Positions 54,901 to 64,000 of a stretch of 64,000 nt of DNA are shown piece after piece (position 1 is the first letter of the stretch; each line of letters starts with the position of its first letter). A model generated the notes under the pieces. The model worked only from the letters and a program-made list of their open reading frames with translations, had not been told where the DNA came from and did no database searches. The stretch is taken from the NCBI RefSeq assembly GCF_000150275.1, contig NW_002060946.1:158678-222677 (forward strand), written 5' to 3'. Source of the stretch: Trichoplax adhaerens (lineage: Eukaryota > Animalia > Placozoa). A program made the position numbers and the translations under genes.

Positions 54901-57900
54901 GGATCAATTAACTATTGAAGTTGAAGAGAAAGATGTCTTGAAAGATACTATGGACCTAATGAAAGAGAAGCAGGAAACCATCATTCATAATATCGTTAGC
55001 TTTCTGCAATCACCGCAAGCCAAAGAACAGTTACTTCAATGGTCTGATAGTGATCTGCCATCCGGTGAAGGTATGAAAATAATTGATAGTATTATCCAAA
55101 AGAAAATTAATCGGCGTTATATAACCATTGTTAATGAATGGGAGGAAAAAGAGCAAATGTTTGCTCAATTTCGCAGAGAACTTATTGAACGATTAGAGGA
55201 AAAATTTGGTGCTATTGCAAATACATTAGATAAATATCGTAATGAAGTAATTGTTCATTCCACGATAACAAGTCATGGTAAAGCATCTTATCCATCCAAT
55301 ACACTATTTCATCGTGCTTTTTCAACCAGCGAGAAAGTAGCCATAGGAGTAACTTCACCAATTTGGGTACCGGCAGGCTTGTTAGCAGCTGTCATTGCAT
55401 TGCCCGTTATGGGATTTAAATTTACACTTACAAGCTTATCGGAAAGGCGTAAAAAGCATAAATATAATAAGGACAAGATAAAATATGTCCAAGAAATAGT
55501 AGAAGCATCCCTTGAATCTATTACTGTGCCCGGCCGATTGAATTCATTAGTGGAAGGGCATATTAAGCCAATTATTGAATATTATACTAAAATGAGCTCA
55601 GAAATACCAGGTATACTTAAAACCGAAAAATCTTTATTACAAAAAGAGTTAAATCATATCCATAATAATCAATTCATCTATGAAGACACACTCGATATAC
55701 TGCAATTTGGCCAACAATTATTAGAGGACATTGCTACCTTTAAGTATACAAAATTAAAACAGCATCAATTTTACAAAATGGAAGATATACTCGATTTAAA
55801 TTTGAAAAATCCAATTCTTCAGCAGGAGAAAAGTAGCATGTACTTTAGTCGATTAAAAAAATGCGGGGGTGAAATTATTCCAATAACATTAAATATAACT
55901 AATCAACCTGCCGACAACGACATTAATCAAGATGAAGCAAAGTGTATCCTTCAAGTTCTCAACACTGAATCGATCTTGAGGTAATATAAATTTCATATAC
56001 CCCTTTATGGATATTAATTTACGTTCATCGATTACTGTAGTCCATAGTTTTCTGAAGGTTGAAAAAGTGCAATGTTTCAAATAATCTAAAAATGTTTGAT
56101 GCCTTACTTTGAAGCCAATATTATAATTTAGCTAAAGTAAAAGTCGCTAAATTAATGAAAGGGCACTAAATAGCATTGGAGCTATCTATCTCTGATCTTA
56201 ACTCTTTAGTGTATTAAATTTGACTTATTACTACTTACTGATATTATATCTGCATTATATTCAAGTATTGCTCAAATTACTAAACTTAAAAAAATTAACT
56301 CAAGGATTGAAATTATAGCATCAATCATTTAGCAGTTATAGCGCAAAGATTTTAATATATGAATCCAATGAAAATCATACAATTACCATTCAGTAGCAAA
56401 GTAGTTGATAACAATATCAGGAAATATAAGATTATTACTGCACCTGTTATGGGCTTGACAACATCTATCATAGCCGATGATTGAAACAGTATTTATAATT
56501 GTTTTCTTACTGCTGCTCTTACTTAACGAAGTAACTTATCAAAGCTTCATTTAAGGATACGCTATTGTAATTTATATCAATTTAAAAATTTAACATATAC
56601 CTATGAAGTTACAGTTTTTCTTTCATCGATGATGATATCAGTAAATATTTTATTTTAATATCATTTCATTTTGAACATCTTAGAAATTTAAATCATCGCA
56701 ATATTATTGCATTTTATGGTTTGGTAGTGGATCCGGAGCGAATACAATCACCTTATTTAGCCTTTGAACAGATTAAAATGACTCTGAGAAGTTATTTCTT
56801 TGATTATATGGCCAATGTTCCATCTTATTATGATGAACATGATACGAATATGATGGAAACCTATCATGTTGTCATTCGCTATGCAACTCAAATCATCTCG
56901 GCACTAGATTATATGCATACCTATGGATATATCTACAAGAATTTAAACTTGGACACAATTGCTGTAAGTCGGTGTAATTTTAAAAGTACAAATAAATATT
57001 ATGGCTATACTATTGTAAGATCTCTCTTACTTCACTTCGCTTATATTTATTCAATTTGCTAGAATTAGCAAAACACTATCTTATCTCACAATAAGAATAG
57101 CCGATATAGACATAGCCTTCAAATTCAAAGGGTTTATTAAACCGCTATGCAAATTAAGTTCTGGAAGGTCCGTCGTAAATCACTTCTCCTCCCTCATAAG
57201 AACAGTCGAAAGTGGCTAAGATAAACCGGATAATCAGACTTAGCCAATTTTTAATCAATCACAATTCTATACCAATCATATATCTACCAGTCCCTACTCT
57301 CTATATAGTAATTCCTTACTTGAAAATCAGTCAAACCCAGAAACGACACTCAGCTAAGATAAACCGGATAATTATCTTGATACTCAGGACTGTAGAATCA
57401 TCGTGCAGATTATTATTACTTTCTATAGAACGTAGGACTTATAACTAGAGTATTACTCAGCTAGTTAATACTGAAAGAATCTTAAAATTTACGCGGTGGT
57501 ACAACTGTCTAGCATTAAGCGCCGTAAGATAATTATTCTGTAATGATGTCGTACAACCATTCCGGCATCACCAGTTTTGCAGTTATTGATTTCTTCATAA
57601 TATGCTGCAACATAAGAGCACTCTTATTACGAGATTAATAGACTTGCAAATTATACAATCCACCGTAAGTATTAAATTTGAAACACCATAATCCTTTAAT
57701 TTCCATTCTGGGCTGTTCCCTCTTTCATTCTCAAGATAGTTTTATGACTAAAAATATGCCTATCATCAGTAATTATAAAATCACTAAATTCGTAAATTCA
57801 AGGTAATAACAGCATATTATACTGTACACTGTGAGTATCAAATTAAAACCATAACGATGCATTAATTTCGATTTTGTACTGACCGATATTTCATTCTCAA

Positions 57901-58585
57901 GATAACCTCATACCTAAAAGTATTTCTATCGTCATTGATTATATAATATTACTGAATTCATGAATTTACGGTAATAACCGCTATTATACGGATATGCCGT
58001 TAATTTGAGTAGTAGTAGTATCCAAAAAGGGAGCATTATTCCAATGTTTAATTAATGGAATTTATTTTCATTTCGTTAATTATTCGTAAAGGTTACTTTA
58101 CCGAGTACTTATCGAAATTGATACGGAAACAGTGACTCATTACATACATTCCATATTTTTTTGGGTAGCTATCGCATAGCAATGAAATTAAACTGTGTGA
58201 ATTTGGATATGTTACCACTTCTTCACAACCGGAAGACGATGCATCGTCTCACTTCTATATAGCGCCAGAAGTATTGACCGGAAAACGAATTTATAATGTC
58301 AAAGCAGATACTTATAGTTTTGCTATGGTAATGTATGAGATGTGGTACGGAAGTTATGCTGAAGAAGCTATGCCAGAGAAGGAGGACGATAAGAAAGAGA
58401 TTGACGAGAAAAATTATATCGATGCGATCACTCAAAGCAAGAGGCCTTCATTGGAATTTACACCACAACCGCCAAAAGCTTGGATAGACTTAATGGTTCA
58501 ATGTTGGTCTCTGAATCCGGTTTCTCGTCCAACAACAGCGGACATTCTGCTTTGTCTTTCAAAATGTACATATAAAGATTGTTGA
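48904..58585 (+). CDS. Dynamin-like GTPase / hydrophobic segment / pseudokinase fusion (DSTYK-like architecture), copy 1
   Basis: Exons 48904-49095, 51601-51811, 51918-52204, 53446-53586, 54101-54423, 54787-55980, 56684-56963, 58169-58585, all phase-consistent. G1 GESGAGKS, G2 PTT, G3 DTPG, G4-like THKD; hydrophobic IGVTSPIWVPAGLLAAVIALP; kinase fold LNHRNIIAFYG, YIAPEV, KADTYSFAMVMYEMW, CWSLNPVSRPT. Confidence 0.88.
50446..51000. repeat. Intronic tandem duplication, 2 x ~280 bp
   Basis: gaatttacta..tttcattgattacttgg..tcaaagggatcttt..gccca at ~50446 and ~50731. Confidence 0.85.
52330..52850. repeat. Diverged intronic duplication (~355 bp spacing)
   Basis: aaaagtta..atttctagttaa..cattcac(g/a)ataatttcaaa at ~52339 and ~52693. 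Confidence 0.7.
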
Positions 58586-60149
58586 TTTAAGACTTATCTG
58601 GAGTCCGTAGGATCTGATATCATTTTACGGAAAGAATGTATTAATATCATGATAAAATAACTTAATAATCGATCTATATTGATTGTTCACTACATTATAT
58701 GAAATCTTCATCTTAGTTAGTCTTAGTTTTAATATTATTTAATACCTTGAATGGAGTTGTTGCAATTTTGCTGGCACCTATAGCTATTAGCATATTGGAC
58801 CAATTCTCGATGGATTTTTTTAAATCATCAATCAGTAATAAGAATATTAATGGTTGTAGTCCTTTGCATTGTAATATTTAAAATTTGTTGTAACAACTAA
58901 ACGGTGCTGCCTCGACCACAAATGATAGCTGTAATAAAGTACTTGAAAAAATCTTTGTGTAGTGGTGAATTTATATTAAAAACCTTATAGATACCGTAAG
59001 AATGAAAATATCAGCTGGTGCAAATTTTAGTAATCATGAATTATTAAATGCCTTGACCTCAATCATAAATATACTGCGCGTGATGCCGAGATTTGACGTA
59101 GAATTGCTATTATTAAGTAATTTAAGCATATTTATGTATAATACAGCCTACCAAATATTGTGATTCAGCATTAATTTATTCAATTTCTAATCAAATAGAA
59201 GAGCAGGAAATACGGCTCTTCTACAGGAGATTACTAGAATCGTCATCTATATGAGGTATATCGGCATTTAATTCTGTGTATCGTCTTAGTATTCTAACTG
59301 GGGAAAAAATTCCCATTGCAAACATAGATACACGAAAAATGATCAAAATTCGCCAGGATGCAATAGCTAGAGGGTAGCTTTTAGTATTGCTATTGTTTAT
59401 AAGCTACAGTAGATTTAAGATCAGATACTCATACTGTAGGGTTGTGTCAAATACGAAAATGTTTGTTAAGGAGTATTCAGGATAGTCAACTTTCGCGGTC
59501 ATTAGGTCAGCTATTAGTTTTCTATGCCATATAGGAGTATAACGGTGTGATCTCACGATCAGTAGGTAATTTTTTTCATCGCTAATCAAATTTTATGACT
59601 TAAAAATAATTCATTTAATGTTGAATTGAACATAAGAATACTATATAGACTTTGTACTGAAGACTATTATTACCATCGACTATATTGAATTTCTCCGCTA
59701 TGATATTGTAACTGAGAACTTTTACATACCTTCTCTACTATTATTATACGTAAAATTACGATAGGTTGTATAATTCTCAATAGAACTTACGCGATAGTAA
59801 CCCATTCTTCAAATAAGATTTGCTATTACTATAGAAACGATGCTACTGCTTTTTCGGCTAATAGTTATTATTTATTAATTGATATTCTATAGGAACAATG
59901 CGGCCATGAATAGAAATACTTGCCATAGGCAAGGCTTCAAAGTTCACCTGTCATAAATAAATAAATATAGAACACGTATAAATAAAATCCAAGCAAATTC
60001 AAATAATGTAAATAATAAAAAATTCAATAATACATCTTTATAATGACTTATCTGACTGAATAATGAAATATTCCATCCTACCCTATCTCATTATTGACTT
60101 TGTATCTAGTCCTGGTATTAGATTTTTTCCATAAAATATTGACTTCATC

Positions 60150-63100
60150 ATGGCTGGAGATTACCTGACTGAAGAGGAAATTGACAGACTTTATGATCTA
60201 GAAGAAGGATTTCAACTATTAAGATCCTTTAATGTCAAAATTAAATCAGTAAATTCTATTTCCGAAGTTAAAACCAAGTTAAGATCGATTATTCGATCGC
60301 AATTTCAGCAAGGAAAAGACGTAAGTGACGAAATTCTAATTACTATTCTTATCATCCTGTTATTCTAAGTTATTAGCGTACAAAAACTAGCCTTGTCGAT
60401 GTCCCTTTAAATTTCGCTAAATCCTGTACTCAACCATGGAATACTATATATTAAATCAAATATTTTGGTAGATAAAATGACCACTAGAATAGATAAGTTC
60501 TGATGGAAAATCGATTCTATGATTTATTAATTTAAAAAGTTCTATAGGAAATAGACATAAACTTGATCTTGATCTCTTTTAGTGTATAAGGACTTTAGTG
60601 CTGAAAATGGGTACTTTAAGATTTAATAAATTCATCTCTCGAAATTTCTTATTTTGAATTCAAGATGAAATTCAGATTTCTATTCTCATTGTCCTGTTGT
60701 TCTAAGCAATTAGAGAATTGGACTATCAATATCAATATCCCCAAGAGAATTGCTGAATCTCGTATTGAACTATAGAACATAGTACATTAAAATCTAATAT
60801 TTTGCTAGATAAAATCATGACTGCAGAAGATAAATTTCTAGCGATTTATCAATATTACGATTTATTCATTTAATGCGTATAAAAGGAATAAATAAAAGCT
60901 TGATCATCGTCTCTTAGAGAGCATAGGCAAGGGCCTTAGTACGAAAAATGATTGCATTAAATTCAATCATTTCCTTATTTAAAATGTTTTGTTCATTTCA
61001 TATCTATTGAATATAGCCTGCCGCATAGATCACTTATTAAAATATTCAATTTTTTTGCCCTATTGAATGCTTTATTCTTAATCATGATAGCTCACAACTG
61101 TATTATCTACGGCAATCAATGACTCTCAACAAAAATGCCAATCCATGTACGAAATTTATCAGAAAGCCCCAGATATTATTACTGCACTTGATGAAGCCAG
61201 TTTAAAGTATATCGCTTTAAGAGTTGGCAATTACCAAACTTATCTGGACCAAACCATTCTATCACTAAAGTCAGGATCAAAAACTATATGTATAATCGGT
61301 AAGAAATACATAGTTTGTCTTAATGCTATCATAAGACTAAGTGGTTACATATCACTTCATAAAATATGAGGTAGTCGGCAAGAATTTAGGAAACTAGATA
61401 TCAGTAATACACCACCGTGAAAGTGAGACTTAAATTAAGGCATGATATAGAATTCTGAACAAATTCAGTTTTCACACCCTACGTTCTCTCATGGCCCGCT
61501 TGATAGGTTACATAAATGTATGAAATAATTTAATTCTTAGGTTCTACTTTTTGTCAGCTGGCATGACCTATTCATAGCTTGTACAGAAAATATATGATCG
61601 GATCAATTTTTATGTAATTATTGTAAACCACTCGATCAGAAACTATTTCATAATTTATATAATATTATACATACCCTTAGATTGGATTTTAGACTCTGTT
61701 AGCCATTAGCCAATTCGAACTACTTGAAAGTGTAAATCAGTTTTTTTATCGATATTTAGACTCTTGCGCTATGTCAGCTAGCATAAACTATTAGATAGTT
61801 ACGGTACAAAAACGAATGGATTGATTTTTACAAATTAGTGGTTCATAACTAATAATGCGCCAAAAATTTGTTTAAAACTCTGAATACGTATGGATTGATT
61901 TTTAGATTTTATTTACCGTAAGCTTATCTGAACTACTATAAAGCTACAACAATATCTTATCAATATTTGAATTCTATTTTCTGTTAGCTATTATGAACTA
62001 TTAGACAGTTTATACAAAATATAAATAGATTGATTTTAAGTATTACAGTAAGCTAGTGACTCATAAACTACTCGATAGTTTGTATAAAGCATGCATATGG
62101 CAAATTGATTTTTAGACTCTATTAACTACGAACTAGTACGAAGCTACGCTTATTTCTAATTAATATTTAGATTCTACTTTCTGTCAGCTGTAATGAACTA
62201 TTGGATAGTTGATACAAAATATAAGCAGATTGATTTTACGTATTAAGTAAGCTAGAGATTTGTAAACTACTCAATAGCTTATATAAAGTATGCATACGGG
62301 TAGATTGATTTTTAGACTCTATTGACTACGAACTAGTCCGAATTAGTTAAAAGTTTAAACCATTTCTATCGACATATACGCGTGAAGAGGAAGAAAGATT
62401 AACTTCATATTCTACTTTCCGCATGATGCGACAATTTCTATATAAGTATGAACAGATTGACTTCCTTACTCTACTTTCTGTTGGTCAGTATGGCTAATTT
62501 AAAACTAGTAGGCAGTTTATCTACAAAAGACAGGAATAGATTCATTTTGATCTACAGTCCAGTAATTGACCTGAAGTGCAAATAGCGAATAATACTAATG
62601 CACATGATTTGTGATATATATGTACGACAGATCACTGGGATGCTAGCAATCAGGGTTCGCCGTTTTTAGCACTATTACTAGCCAATACAGAAATTCCTAT
62701 GGAAAGTTGTTTAGCAGAAGCCGATATTTGCTTGGTTCGTTATGGCACTGACAAGAAACTAATTCTAGCACCTTATAGTAATAGCTTGGATGAGAGTCCT
62801 CGAGACAAGAAGCGTTATCAAAGTCTAGTTTGTGAACTAGATGATTACCAATCCTTCGAAGAACAAGCGTGCTATTACTTGCAACGTTATCGTGGTGAAA
62901 ATAAATTCAACTTAATTGAAATAGAATGGCCGCTACCTTCTTTAAAGGTGCATTAACAACATGCAAAGTAATAAGTTTCGTGCGACTATTATAGCTTAAA
63001 ATTTTATCTCACATCTTATCGCGCAATATTAATTATCATTACATTACTCTAAATTAGACCCTAGAACATATTGGTAAGCAACAAAACTTGTATAACGAGA

Positions 63101-64000
63101 TAGAATAGATACTATATCAGCATCGCTCTCACAACGTTAGATAATCATCAACAACATAAACAAAAAAATATTTAGTATGTGATTTTATCACAACTTAGAA
63201 TCTAACTTCAAATCTATACAGTAGCATGCGTTATTTCCATATTGCTTTAAATCTCAATTTTAAAACTAGAGCAGGAAAATAAAATTTTTTACGATAATAT
63301 AGGATATTCATCAGCATTACACATTAAAAAACGAAAAATTACCTACAATAATTTCTGCCGATTGTCAATTTTATTGTAGGACTCTTGCCAAATCGTCAAC
63401 ATTAATGGATTCGCGTATAATGGAGAAACGAAAAGCTCGATTCTAGATTGGTTACAATCCTCTATCCTTCGAATTCATATTGTCCGAGACATTGCCAGAC
63501 TAAATCATGAGGTATTGTGCTTGCAAATCTATTGCAAATCTACTGTTTCCTTAAGTAATTCATTTCGTTTGCCACAAAGAAATCTATTAAACAGTCGTTT
63601 AACCTCCAATTTATATCAGTACATGGTTCTAATGCTTTATGTACAATAATTTATAAAATGGCTGGTTCACTTATAAAATTAGTGATAATTTTATAAAGTA
63701 GTTTATTACTTTGAACAATTATTGTTTTAGTAGACTTGATCTACCATATATAAAGAGAGAGAAATTTAATTTGCATGCTGTAATAGCCTTTTTCCTTCTA
63801 TAGATGAGCCAGTTAACACAAGGTTTCCATTCAATCGGTGATATGAAAACATTAGCGCTTTGGTCTAATTCATCTGTATTCGTTTATAATATCGACACGG
63901 AAAATGATACTAATTCTTGCCTAGACGATAAAAAGATTACATCCATATTACAAAATATTTGGCCGGAATGGAAAACCATACCAATTTATTCCATTAATAT
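60150..64000 (+). CDS. Tandem paralogue (copy 2) with degenerate GTPase motifs; runs off the window end
   Basis: Exons 60150-60320, 61091-61298, 62631-62947, 63380-63511, 63804->64000 splice in frame with the same intron positions and phases (0,1,0,0) as copy 1. Shared LTE(D/E)xID N-terminus; IEIEWPLPSLK matches AEIFLPLPILK. Confidence 0.82.
61540..62350. repeat. Diverged intronic tandem repeat array
   Basis: Recurrent gattgatttttagactct and aactattagatagtt blocks; 61960-62140 and 62160-62335 are closely similar. Confidence 0.8.

Overview
Eukaryotic, AT-rich, gene-dense DNA with mostly short GT-AG introns and animal-type proteins. A compact early-branching animal such as a placozoan (Trichoplax-like) is my inference, not something the sequence proves. 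Genes in order: SECISBP2 (+, entering at its N-terminus), a Helitron helicase relic with stacked 3' ends, SLC25A44-like (-), HDHD2 (+), FECH (-), HINT1 (+), RPS27 (-, with a 5'TOP), ATOS/FAM214 (+), a decayed or unknown minus-strand gene, and two tandem dynamin-like-GTPase genes (+). Two signals stand out. (1) All three divergent promoter regions are packed with TA-CAG-TA, TA-CTG-TA and TA-CGG-TA units, the canonical Tc1/mariner excision footprints. Copies of local duplications differ by exactly these 5-nt gains, which suggests repeated cut-and-paste events at promoters. (2) The tandem pair shares intron positions. Copy 1 has an intact dynamin-like GTPase fused to a pseudokinase. Copy 2 keeps a clean reading frame but has lost the GTPase motifs. 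Exon coordinates were read by eye and some are approximate.
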